NCBI GenBank assembly: GCA_051313645.2
Contig: JBNRSN020000004.1
Location: forward strand, 302,374,001-302,438,000
Direction of reading: 5' to 3'
DNA length: 64,000 nt
From: Centroscyllium fabricii
Taxonomy: Eukaryota
A model generated the notes under the pieces. That model ran no database searches. It was given only the letters and a program-made list of their open reading frames with translations, and was not told the DNA's origin. The position numbers were made by a program, and so were the translations under genes. How positions within the stretch are numbered: position 1 is the first letter of the stretch; the number at the start of each line of letters is the position of its first letter. Below, in pieces: positions 26,601 through 38,684 of this stretch.

Positions 26601-27460
26601 ATATCATGACTATGGTCGACCGCAGCACCCGCTGGCCAGAAGCGGTCCCCCTCACTGCTACCACCACCGCGGACCTGGCCAGGGCCTTCATTGCCACCTG
26701 GGTCGCACGTTTTGGCGTCCCCACCGACATCACATCAGACAGGGGCCCCCAATTTACCTCAACCCTATGGGCAACCATCGCCCACGACCTCGGGGCAACC
26801 CTGCACCGAACCACCGCCTACCACCCACAGGCCAATGGCCTCTGCGAATGGTTCCACCGCTCCTTCAAAGCTTCCTTGTGGGCCAGCCTCAAAGACGCGA
26901 CCTGGACCGACCGCCTGCCCTGGGTAATGCTCGGCCTGCGTTCAGCGGCCAAGGAAGACCTGCACGCCTCAGCGGCGGAACTGGTCTATAGCCAACCCCG
27001 AACCGTACCAGGCGAGTTCGTGGCAGAAACAAACGCCCCCTGGTCAGCCGAACGCTGCCTCAAAGACTTTAACAACCAGGCAGCGGCGTTCAAACCACTT
27101 CCGGTGGCCCGGCAAGGAGAGCCGGCAGCACGTGTTCCAGACACCATCCAGAATGCCAAGTATGTGTTTGTCCGCCACGACGCACATCGAACACCACTAC
27201 AACCACCGTACAACGGACCGTACAGAGTGCTTCGGGCGGGACCTAAAACGTTCCAGATCAAAATGGGCAACAGAGCGGAGACTGTCTCAATCGACCGGCT
27301 CAAACCGGCACACGTAATGGCGGGTGAGACAACAGTCCCTGCGCAGCCACCAAAGCGCGGACGCCCTACCGCACCAAAGCCCGCCCACACCAACGCAGAA
27401 CAAGGAGCAGCGCACGACACGTGCTGGCCGCATCATCAGGCCACCTCAGCACCTCGCCTG
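23641..27460 (+). pseudogene. gag-pol of the CsRn1-clade element
   Basis: LCDTGA protease, RT WRPCGDYRRLN..YLDD, RNase H TTDASD, IN HDLSH..CNAC, HIDLVGP, TSDRG, GPY motif; stop at 24964 and frameshifts near 25730 and 26145. Confidence 0.93.
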
Positions 27461-27685
27461 AGACTACACGAGCGGGCCGCATCATCGGGCCACTTCAACA
27501 CCTCGCCTGAGACTCCACTTTTATTCTCCATTTTTTAATTTTTACTTTATGCTCTTTCCTCCTTTAGCTTAAACTTCACTCTCCCTCACGGATTCTGGGG
27601 GGGAGCTGTGTGGCGACACGCCCACCAGGACCATCGAATCCGCCTCGGAAGATTGCGAGACGGCCCCGCCCTCCGGGCGGCGTGA

Positions 27686-27768
27686 TGACGTCACCGCGAC
27701 TTCCGACGTGATGACGTCACCAGGTGGACAACCGGCAGTGACGTCACCAACCGCGGGACCTTTAAATA
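27686..27768 (+). promoter_or_regulatory. LTR promoter: three CRE palindromes followed by TATA-like TTTAAATA
   Basis: TGACGTCA at 27686, 27712 and 27739; two intact copies in the 5' LTR. Confidence 0.6.
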
Positions 27769-28184
27769 CCGTGGTTCCAGGTGGCTCAGCTCTTTCGCCA
27801 CCTGGCCTTAGCAGTGTTAGTATTAAATGATAACTTTCCGAATCTTCTGTGTCCAATGTGGTTCTTCAGCCCTGCATGCCTCTACAACCACCCTAATATT
27901 GTCACCAATATTACATGTATGTATAGCGGTCGGGTGCATGATGTAACTCCTGTATTGCGACACTATCGCGGGGTCAGGTCAGCCACACCTCTAACTCCTC
28001 CCCTCAGGTGAGTGCCTTATAGGTGGGGACTGACCGGCCCCCATTCATTCTGTACCTTATGTTCGATCTGAGCGTAGCTCCATTGTAAGCTAATAAAAGC
28101 CTCTAGTTAAGGTCACTACTCGTCTTTGGTTTTATTAAGTCTATTGACGATACGTCAATTTTATTAGCTTAGAAAAATTCTAAA

Positions 28185-31100
28185 ATGGAGAGCGGCGCTG
28201 TAAAACCCGAAAAGCTGGACATTAGTCCACAGGACCCAGCCGCCGCCAACACCTTCGAACACTGGTTCGGTCTCCTGGAGGCCTACATGGACGCCGCCAA
28301 GGCTACAACCGAGGAGAACAAGCTACATGTTCTCCGGTCTAGGATCTCCAGCCGGTTATTCTCCTTCATCCGTGACGCCACAACGTACCCCGATGCGGTG
28401 CCTAAACTGAGGAAATGCTACGAGCGCCCGGTCCACTCAGTCTACGCCAGACACGTGCTCGCGACCAGACCACAACTACCGAGTGAGTCAAACGAGCAGT
28501 TCGAGCAAGCGCTCCAAGCCCTTGTCCGGGTCTGTGGCTGCAAACCACGGACGGCAGAAGAGGAGGCGAACCTCCTCGTCCGGGACGCCTATGTAACGGG
28601 ACTCAGGTCCGCAGAGGCCCGCCAGCGGCTGCTGGAAAAGGACGCTTTAACTTTGGAGGAGGCGATCTCGAACGCCAACGCTGTGGAGTGCGCACGCCGC
28701 AAGCTGCAGGCGTACGGCGGCCCAAACCCACAGGCCGTCTACGACACGTGGGCAGTCCCACAACGGGTCGAGACCCCCACAATGGCAGCGGCAGCTGCGA
28801 AGACTCCGGCGGAGAAGAAGTGCTACTTCTGCGGCCAGGGACTGCACCCACGGGCGAGATGCCCAGCGAAGACCGCGACCTGCGAGAGGTGCTGAAAGAT
28901 AGGATACTACGCCAAGGCCTGCAGATCAGCCCCGGCGCCCAGCTCCAGGTACAACAGCGCGGCCTGCGAAAGCTCCAACACCAGCCCTTGGCCTCAGGTA
29001 AGCTGCAACTGCAGCGCGACCCAGCGACGGTCCGGGGGTAGAGTACAAGCGCCCCCGTCTCCCACCCTGATGCGGCAGAGGTCGGCTGCACCCACGGCAC
29101 GCCAAACTCAGCCACGGCCGGTCATGCGCGACACCCCAACGCCGGCATCCCGCCCAGCGCGGCTCGCTGCGTGCGAATCACGGGCACCGCCAACCCAGCC
29201 ACCGTGGCCCGCTGCGTGCGAATCACAGGCACCGCCACCGCGTCTACAGGGGCCCGGCGCGTGCGAACCACGGGCGCCGCCATCTTGTCTTCAGCGGCCA
29301 GCCATGTGCGACTCTCCGGCGCCACCATTTTGTCCCCAGAGGCCGGCCATATGCGAACCACGGGCGCCGCCATCTTGTGTACGGCCCCGACCAGCGGAGG
29401 GCTCCCAAACACACACACACACTTCGGCCTCAGCCATCCCGAAAGTCGATCAGGCGAGGCCACACACCCTATCAAATTCCATGATGGGGATTAAAGTCAA
29501 CGGCCACGCCACTAACTGCCTGTTCGACACCGGAAGCACAGAGAGCTTCATCCACCCCGATACAGCGCAGCGCTACGGACTGAAAATCCTGCCCACGCGC
29601 TACCAATTGTCCCTTGCTTCACAGTCCCACACCGCGGACGTCACCGGCTACTGCTCCGTCAAGCTCACAGTTAAGGGCTGCGTGTACCGTAATTTTAAAT
29701 TGTACATACTCAAGCAGTTGTGCTCCCCGGTCTTAAGGTGGCACTGGAAATCCAGTCCCAGTAAGAGTTTGACAATGGAGTTCGGCGGCACCCTGCCCCC
29801 CCCTCACCGTCAGTAGCCGGGACAATCTCTTCCCAAAGCGGAGCCCGGCCTGCGGCCTCTCCACCCTGAAAGTCGACCCCCCCTCACTGTTCGCCAACCT
29901 CGACCCCAACTGCAAGCCCATTGCTACTAAGAGTCGGCGGTACAGTGCAGGGGATCGGACATTTATCAGGTTGGAGGTCGGGCGTATGCTGAAGGAGGGG
30001 ATAATTGAAGCCAGCACCAGCCCCTGGCGGGCCCAGGTTGTAGTGGTTAAAACTGGCGAGAAACATCGGATGGTTATCGATTACAGTCAGACTATTAACC
30101 GCTACACCGGGCTCGATGCCTACCCCCTCCCCAGATCGGCCAATACAAGGTGTTCTCCACAATCGGCCTTAAGTCGGCATATCACCAACTCCCGATCCGG
30201 AAAGCCGACCGCCCGTACACCGCTTTCGAGGCGAACGGTCGGCACTACCACTTCCTCCGGGTCCCCTTCGGCGTGACTAACGGGGTGTCGGTATTCCAGA
30301 GGGAGATGGACCGCATGGTTGACCAGAACGGGTTGCAGGCCACCTACCCCTACCTGGACAACGTGACCATCTGCGGCCATGACCAGCAGGACCACGATGC
30401 CAATCTGGCCAAATTCCTCGACACGGCGAAACGGCTAGACCTCACATACAACAAAGACAAATGTGTCTTTAGTACAGATCGGCTCGCCATCCTCGGATAC
30501 GTGGTGGAAAACGGGGTCCTCGGCCCCGACCCACAGCGTATGCACCCCTTACAGGAACTGTCCCTTCCTCACAACCCCAAAGCCCTGAAGAGATGTCTGG
30601 GATTTTTCTCTTACTACGCACAATGGGTTGCCCAGTTCGCGGATAAGGCCAGACCGCTCCTCAAGGCTGCCGTCTTCCCCCTCTCGGTAGAAGCCCAAAC
30701 GGCATTCGCCCGGATCAAGGAAGATATTATCAAGGCGACCATGCACGCCGTTGATGAATCCATCCCTTTCCAGGTGGAGAGTGACGCTTCGGACTTTGCC
30801 CTTGCCGCCACCCTGAATCAGGCAGGCAGGCCCGTAGCGTTTTTCTCCCGCACCCTACAGGGACCCGAAATTCGCCACTCTGCAGTGAAAAAGGAGGCCC
30901 AGGCCATCGTGGAGACGTGCGCTACTGGCGTCATTACCTGGCCGGTAAGCGTTTTACCCTGCTCACCGACCAACGGTCGGTCGCGTTTATGTTTCACAAT
31001 AAACAAAAGGGTAAAATCAAGAATGATAAGATCCTGCGGTGGCGGATCGAGCTCTCGACGTACGAGTACGACATTCTTTACTGACCAGGCAAACTCAATG

Positions 31101-32375
31101 AACCCCCGGACGCACTGTCCAGGGGAACGTGCGCCAGTGCGCAGCTAGACCGGCTGAAGGAACTCCACGATCGCCTCTGCCACCCGGGTGTCACCAGACT
31201 TGCCCACTTCCTAAAATCACGTAGCCTCCCCTACTCCATCACGGAGATCAAGGCTATGACCCGAGAGTGCCCTGTTTGCGCCGAGTGCCAACCCCAATTT
31301 TTCAGGCCAGACACGGCGCACCTCATTAAGGCCACCCGCCCCTTTGAACGTCTAAGCGTGGACTTCAAAGGCCCCCTCCCCACCACCGACCGCAACTCGT
31401 ACTTCCTCACGGTCGTAGACGAGTTCTACCGCTTCCCCTGCCCAGTATGACGAGCGCAACGGTGATCAAACACTTCACCACGCTGTTCGCTATTTTCGGT
31501 CTCCCCAGCTACATCCATAGCGACCGGGGGGCGTCGTTCATGAGCGACGAACTGCGTCAGTTTCTGCTTCAGAAAGGGGTTGCCTCAAGCAGAACGACCA
31601 GTTACAACCCCCGGGGGAACGGCCAGGTAGAAAGGGAGAACGGGATCGTCTGGAAGGCGGTCAGCCTGGCTCTGAAGTCCAGAGGCCTTCCAGTGTCCCG
31701 TTGGCAGGCAGTCCTCCCTGATGCGCTGCACTCGATGCGCTCTCTGTTGTGTACGGCCACCAACGCCACACCTCACGATTTAATCTTTTCCTTCCCCAGG
31801 AAGTCGACTTCGGGGACAGCCCTTCCACTGTGGCTCACGATGCCGGGGCCGGTCTTGCTTAGGAAGCACGTCCGCGGCCATAAGACCGACCCCCTGGTAG
31901 ACAAGGTGCAGCTGCTGCACGCCAACCCGCAGTACGCGTACCTGCAGTTCCCGGACGGGCGCGAGGACACAGTCTCCATCAGGGACCTAGCGCCCGCCGG
32001 GAGCACCACAGCAGAGCCTCTGGTCGGGCAGCAGCCCGCCCAGCCACTATATTTCGGCCACCTCCAGCCACTACATATCGACCACTGGCCGATACACGAC
32101 CCACAACCCACCGGAGGCTGGCCGCCACTACCGTATGGTTCGGAGCCCCCACCATTGCCAGCTGAGGACCAAGACTCGGATGACCAGCTGCAGGCACAGC
32201 AGCAACCGCAGGGCTCGGACCCACCGCCACCACCAGCACCTACAGTACCGGCACCAGCGCCGCCGCCACCACCACCGGCTCCAGCGCCGCCGATGCTGCA
32301 GGAACCAGAACATTTGACAGAGACCCGGCGGTCCTCCAGACAGACGCGACCGCCGGATAAGCTAATCATGAACTG
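28185..32375 (+). pseudogene. gag-pol of Gypsy B
   Basis: ATG 28185; CYFCGQGLH...C knuckle; LFDTGS protease; RT YLDN; RNase H; IN VDFKGP, HSDRG, GQVERENG; several stops and frameshifts. Confidence 0.93.
29165..29385 (+). repeat. 45-bp coding tandem repeat (about 5 copies) in the gag-protease linker
   Basis: (A/M/I)C(E/D)(S/P)xAPP units every 15 aa. Confidence 0.85.
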
Positions 32376-32919
32376 CTCTGTCCATTCACCCCGCCGGACT
32401 TGATTTTCAAAGAAGGGGTGAATGTAGTAACCGTTGTATGTACTGTAATTACCACCCTAATATTGTCACCAATATTACATGTATGTATAGCGGTCGGGTG
32501 CATGATGTAACTGTCCTGTATTGCGACACTGTCGCGGAGTCAGGTCAGCCACACCTCTAACTCCTCCCCTCAGTTGAGTGTCTTATAGGTGGGGACTGAC
32601 CGGCCCCCATTCATTCTGTACCTGATGTTCGATCGGAGCGTAGCTCTGTTGTAAGCTAATAAAAGCCTCTAGTTAAGGTCACTACTCGTCTTTGGTTTTA
32701 TTAAGACTATTGACGATACGTATTGACTATTCCTCAGCATAACACTGTTTAATGTGTTGCATAGGATTCTTTTACGGTCTGTTTAACTCTGTTTTAATAA
32801 AGAATAAATGAACTTGCATTTATAATGCATTTACATTTAAAAAGGTTAATGGCTGTTAGTGAAGCCAAGCACTGCCAGAGGAAATTAAACCCCTTGGTCA
32901 CTTCTGGGTTTCACTCTAA

Positions 32920-33604
32920 AGCCCCGCTTTCACTGGAGGCTACGAATTGCCGAATCGTCCCGAATCTGAAATTTTTCAAATTCGTAGATAATTCTTGCAA
33001 TTCGTAAACGATTCGTAGTTGATTCGTAGTTGATTCGTAGACATTCGTACAGTTCGCGTGAATTCACGTGATTTCGTTAATTTGGCACGAAAGTTTTTGC
33101 TTGTCAAAAACTTTCTTGGGAGGGTTAACGAATGTCCAATTCGTGAATGATTCGTAAACAATTCGTGAACCTTTCTTATCGTTCGTAACCCTTTCTTATC
33201 GTTCGTAACCGATTCGTAATCGCTTCTTCTGCATTCTGGCCTATTCTTGTGCCCTCAAATTCGTGGACCCACGCCGAATACATCACGAAACAGGCACGAA
33301 TGTCCACGAATCAAGTACGAATCAAGTACGAATCGGTCGTAGTGGATTCGTACAGTAATTCGGCACATTCGTAAGTGAGTCGTACCTTATTCGTTAAATT
33401 CTTACCTGATTCTTTGAATTCGTACTTGTTTCTTAAACCATTCTTGACATTCGGCACGAATAATTCGTAGTCAATTCGTACCAGATTCGTAGCTCCTCCC
33501 GAATCCACCACGAATTTTCACATTTTTTGCCGAATCGCCACGAATTTCGATTCGGGACGATTCGGGATATCGGGATATTCGTAGCCCTCAGTGAAAGCGG
33601 GGCT
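32920..33604 (-). mobile_element. Harbinger MITE related to the 50216-54546 element
   Basis: TIR AGCCCCGCTTTCACT at both ends; TAA TSD 32917-32919 and 33605-33607; 33360-33460 is the reverse complement of about 50385-50480. Confidence 0.93.
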
Positions 33605-33607
33605 TAA

Positions 33608-35087
33608 TGCCCTAGTTTCACTGGAGGCTACGAATTCCCGAATCGTGCCGATTGTGAAATTTGGCCGATTCGTGGGTCATTCTTGCAATTCGTAGTGGAT
33701 TCGTAGTAGATTCGTAGTAGATTCGTAGTGGATTCGTAGCGGTTTCGTAGAGTTCGCGGTAGTTCGCGGGAGTTCTTTGAGTTTTAAAGAAAGTTTTTGT
33801 TTGTCAAAAAATTTCGTAGGAGGGTTCACGATTTTCCAATTCGTGGTAGATTCGTAAACAATTCGTGACCCATTCTTACCGTTCGTGACCCTTTCTTACC
33901 GTTCGTAACTGATTCGTAGTGGATTCGTAGTGCATTCTTGGCTATTCTTGGGCATTCTTGATTTTTTCAAAATTATTTCCAAAAAGTTGTGTTTATAAAA
34001 ATAGTTGTAAAAATGAGTGGTTAAATGTTTTAGTTATAAAAGTTTTTGTATATAATATTAGTTATAAAAAGTTATGGTTATGTTATAAAATTTTGTGGTT
34101 ATAGTAATAGTTTTAACAAAATTGTGGTTATATGTTATTTATTATAAAAATTACCATTATACCTTGCTTGCTGTTTAAATCCTGGTTTTCTTTTGTTGCA
34201 TAACACTTTATTTTTTTCCCACAATAAAAATAACTTTCAGATAAAATTTGTCTCAATTTATCAAAGAAGTCACACAACACCAGTTTCTTAGTCCAACGGT
34301 TTTATTTAAAATCACAAGCTTTCGGAGCTTCTGCCCCTTCGTCAGGTAACACAGACAGACTGAAGTCAAACATCACACATGAAATCACAGCTTCAGTCCA
34401 GCACTTAGGGGTGGTCTCAGCCGGGTGTGCTGCCTCTGGATGAAAGGGGTGATCCTTTGGAGGAGCTCATCGAACATCTGCTGTGGCATTCTCACATAGT
34501 TGACGAAGGAGTTCTGATCTTCCAGCCTCAGTTCCTGCAGCAGTCTGTGGTAGTGCCCAAACTCTAGCCTTCTAGCCGGTGTCATCCATGGTCGAACCCA
34601 CCAGCGCTTGCGTCTTCTCTGTCTTCTTGGGGGTTCCAAGAACAGCAGGTCGTGATAGTGCTCCAACTCCGCAGCCAGAGCCACACATGCTTTCCATCGA
34701 ACACCCATTGTACAAATGACAGGTTCAGCAGGGGTTCAGGGTTTTTTTAAATGCTGGAATATGCCGGAATATCAACAGAAATGTCAACTATCAAAATCAA
34801 TTCTTAGATGATTCTTAGAATTCGTAACTAATTCGTGGAGTTCGTAGTGGATTCTTAATTAATTCTTGCAATTCGTGGTGGATTCGTGAGTGATTCGTAC
34901 CTCATTCGTAAAATAATTCGTGATAGATTCGTAACCTTGTCCAGAATCGCCAAGAATTCACCAAGAATCGCCAAGATTCAACCAAGTATTTTTCGCATTT
35001 CTTGCAGAATCACCAAGAATCGCCAAGAATTTCGATTCTTGACGATTCTTGGGATACTTGGCATTCTTAGCCTCCAGTGAAACTAGG
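33608..35087 (-). mobile_element. Internally deleted Harbinger carrying a transposase 5' fragment
   Basis: TIR CCTAGTTTCACTGGAGGCTA at both ends; minus ORF 34385-34708 (RRQRRRKRWWVRPW...) matches the N-terminus of the 50649 transposase. Confidence 0.9.
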
Positions 35088-36135
35088 ATGATAAATCATC
35101 CGTGGCTAACTGAGGAAGTAAAGGATGGTATCAAATTGAAAACAATGGCATACAATGTTGCGAAGAATAATGGAAGGCCAGAGGATTGGGATTTTTTTTT
35201 AAACCAGCAAAGGATGACTAAAAAATGATAAGAGTGGGAAGATAGCTTATGAGAGTAAGCTAGCAAAAAATATAAAAACAGACAGTAAGAGCTTCTACAG
35301 CTATATAAAAAGGAAGAGAGTAGCTAAAGTAAATGTTGGCCCCCTAGAGGATGAGTCTTTGGGAATTAATAATGGGAAACAGGGAAATGGTGGAGACATT
35401 GAACAAATATTTTGTATCGGTCTTCACGGCAGAAGACATTAAAAGCCTCCCAATAATGGATAATCAAGGGGCTATTGGGGTGGGAGGGGGAACTTAAAAC
35501 AATCACTATCACTAGAGAAAAAGTACTAGGCAAACTAATGGGACTAAAGGTGGACAAGACCCCTGGACCCACTGGCCTGCATCCTAGGGTCTTAAAAAAG
35601 GTGGCTGCAGAGATAGTGGGGGGAATTTTCATGTCCCCGTGAGGCGGGGTTTTGGGCGGGCGGGAGGTGAAAAATAGAAAATTTTGGTGCCCGCCCATTC
35701 CCCGCCGGATTTGAATTTTGGGCGGCCTTGTTTTCCGCCCAATCTTTCCCGCCGGCGCCCGGCGGGGATGCTTGTTAAGGTCGTTAAGGGCCCTTAATTG
35801 GCATCTGTAATCCCATTTTAAGGACCCCTAGCAATTTTCATGTGTTTCACGCACAAAACCCACCAAGATAAACCCCGTCAGGTGAAACCCTTGTGTGAAC
35901 TCAGTGTGACTGCTGAGTATCTGTGTCCGGTCACTCAATGAAGGCTCACATTTAATCAGCCATCATTTGCTTCCGGAAACGGATTGTTCTCTCAGTCCTG
36001 GGGATATTTGCAACAGGCTTCAGCACACCTGTGGAAGGTTGCATCCTCAAACACTTCTGCAGTGTGACCTGGGAAAGCCCTCTCACTTACCCCCCCTCAC
36101 TCAGTGCTTCCTCAGCCGAGGCTGCCAGCACAGCC

Positions 36136-37360
36136 ATGGGAGCCATTTTCTTCCTTCCCTTCTTGGGATTGCATGATCTCTACCAGGAGCAGATGCGGCA
36201 ACAGCAGCAGCCATACCAGGAGCCTGACGCTCCTGTGGACCCTCCGGGGGCAGCATAGGCCAGAAGGCATCGGCGCAACCAAGGCTGGTGCCGCAGAAGA
36301 TACCCCCCAAACAGGGTCTACAGAGTCCGAGCCACCTACCTCAACATGAGTGAGCGGCGGTGCCAAAGGCGACTCCGACTTTCCCGAGAGGCAGTCACAG
36401 ACATCTGCGCCATGCTGCAGCAACAGCTGGAGCCCAGGACACCAGGTAGACATGCCTTACCAGTGGCCCTCAAAGTCACCACCGCACTCAGCTTCTTTGC
36501 CTCTGGCTCATTCCAGGGATCAGCAGCCGACATCAGCGGAATCTCCCAGTCAGCCGCACACTCCTGCATCACCCAGGTAACCGATGACCTCTTTGCCCAT
36601 GCCCACAATTTGATCCATTTTACCACGGATCGCGCAAGTGTGAGGGCCCGAGCGATTGGAATGGCTCATCTGGCAGGCTTCCCAAGGGTACAGGGCATCA
36701 TTGACTGCACACATGTGGCCCTTACGGCACCCAACGACAACCCAGTAGCTTTTCTCAACCGCAAGGGCTTCCATTCACTCCATGTTCAACTGCTGTGTGA
36801 CCACAACAACGAGATTTTGCATGTGTGTGCCAGGTACCCTGGCAGCTGCCATGACTCCTTTGTCCTGCGCCAATCAACCTTGCCTACGCTATTCACACCG
36901 CCGGACCAGCTTCCGGGGTGGCTACTTGGAGACAAGGGCTATCCCCTCAGGACTTGACTCATGACGCCGGTCAGGAGGCCAGCCAATGAGGCTGAGGAGA
37001 ACTACAACTCCACACACATCTCCACCAGAAGCATTATAGAGCACACCATCGGCTTGCTCAAGATGCGTTTCAGATGCTTGGACAGATCATGTGGAGCCCT
37101 GCAATACACCCCAGCCAGGGTCTCCAGAATGGTAGTGGTTTGCTGTCAACTTCACAACATGGCAGCGCCGTGGCTGGCAACCTCCTGACCAAGACCTGCC
37201 TCCTCGCATACCGTCCTCAGATGAGGAGGAGGAAGAAGAAGAGGAAGAGGAGGATGAGGACGGGGTTGCTGTCACTCGACCCCAGCCAGCGCCACCATTA
37301 CGCGAGACCGTTGCTGGCCGGCACGCAGGGATGGAGCTCATCCTTGCAAGATTTTCTTAG
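36136..37360 (+). pseudogene. HARBI1-like DDE transposase pseudogene
   Basis: [49 protein letters not shown]; stops at 36256 and 36955, frameshift near 37165. Confidence 0.92.
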
Positions 37361-38684
37361 CCTACTCAAGCCAGCTTGTGCTACTCTCCTCATCCTAACA
37401 GCGCATCCTCACTGACTCACTCCAATCAGTTCCATAGCTCATACCTGCATGAGTCCCACTACTGTAACGACATCTGTGTGGTGGGGGGGCGGGGGGGTTG
37501 GGGGAGTGTGCTTCTGGGCCTGCCAAGTGCCTGTGACTGCTTTCTGCGCTCGCGCATGCACCCACGCCCCTGACGCACAACATATTTCTTTGATGATCAT
37601 GGTCCCATCCAAACATCCATCCATCCATCACATGCAATAATGAACACAGAAACAGTAAAGGTTGCAACTGCAACATGCTGTTTAGTAACGACATTAAGCA
37701 AACATGGCCACATGCATGGTTGTTCAACTGATGACCAGCACTTATGAATCACTGCATTAATGTCCCAGGCATCTCAGCTGCAGACATGCAGGTTGAAACG
37801 GTCAAAATGTCATTATCAGCAATGCTGCACCTCAGCCAGTCCAGTTTTGAGCTTGCAAGTTCATATCCATTGTCAATCATGTTCCCCCCCGTCCCCCCCC
37901 CCCCCTCTCACGTGCTGCCCCTCCCTTTTCAAGAGTGACACATTCTGACAAACCATTGACTCTGCTGTGGGAGTCACAGTGAAATCGCGGTCCCTGATCA
38001 GCCAATCGAAACAGCCATCCCCCCGGAGGTTGTCCAGGCCTTCATTTGAAAAACGGAGAAGAACATCAGCCATGTGTAGAAACATTATGCAGGTGCTGTC
38101 GGGTTTCTTTATGCGGGTGGGGCTGATGTGTTTCCAAATGTCGTGGAGGTGCTTCAGGGCAGCGCACCCGGACATGAGGCAGGAGCTGTGGAGGGCTACT
38201 TCGGCCAGTTGGCCCATCTTTTCTTTGCCCACCTCCATCCTTTTAAAGTTTTGTTCGTGTTAAAGTTCAGCCCTGAGGCGTGTTTGCTGGTGTTGCGAAA
38301 ACATCAGCTGGTTTGTTCAGTTAACCTGGTCATCCTTTGGACCACACATCGTTCATACAATCCCTCTGTTCCCTGGTGTGTATCACCATGAAGGTAGGCC
38401 AATTTCAAGGACCTTCACTCTTAACCATTGAGCTGCAGTCTGTTATTGAACCTCATGCGTCTTGCTGTAAGTCCTTCTGCCATGTTGCGTCTGCATCCTT
38501 GCATATCTGTGAGGCCTGCCCGATTGCTGTCCAGCCAGCATAAGGTTTCAATGTGGAAGGGCCATTCGCAAGATGTCAGACATGACAACTGCATCAGGTG
38601 GCACCTGCAGTGGTCTGCTGTCTGACCACTGCTTTGGACACCTAAATGTCTGCTACACTAACACCCAAGTGACTCCCGTTGTGC

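Larger units (their letters stand above)
23267..27886 (+). mobile_element. CsRn1/Kabuki/Boudicca-clade Gypsy retrotransposon
   Basis: 278-bp LTRs 23267-23544 and 27609-27886 (about 10 mismatches); tRNA-Trp-type PBS TGGTGACC at 23546; CHCC gag box CYYH-X9-C-X3-C; PPT GGGGGGGAG; 4-bp TSD ACCG/ACCA. Confidence 0.95.
23235..32721 (+). mobile_element. Gypsy LTR retrotransposon 'B' (same lineage as A); 5' LTR split by a nested element
   Basis: 5' LTR = 23235-23266 + 27891-28157; 3' LTR 32423-32721 (about 5% diverged, terminal CA damaged); PPT AAAGAAGGGGTGAA; pol closely similar to A. Confidence 0.95.

Noticed and set aside
31773-32369. Gly-rich minus-strand ORF and similar antisense ORFs over GC-rich pol regions
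   Set aside because: Shadows of the Pro-rich, GC-rich sense frames
32715-32740. TSD for Gypsy B
   Set aside because: Left flank CTCCC does not recur; the 3' LTR end appears damaged
32940-33960. Dense TTCGTAG repeats that look CRISPR- or satellite-like
   Set aside because: Bounded by Harbinger TIRs; subterminal repeats without unique spacers, in eukaryotic DNA
36346-37188. Host HARBI1 gene
   Set aside because: Has stops, lies between TIRs with a TSD, has a Myb partner and interrupts a CR1, so it is a transposon copy
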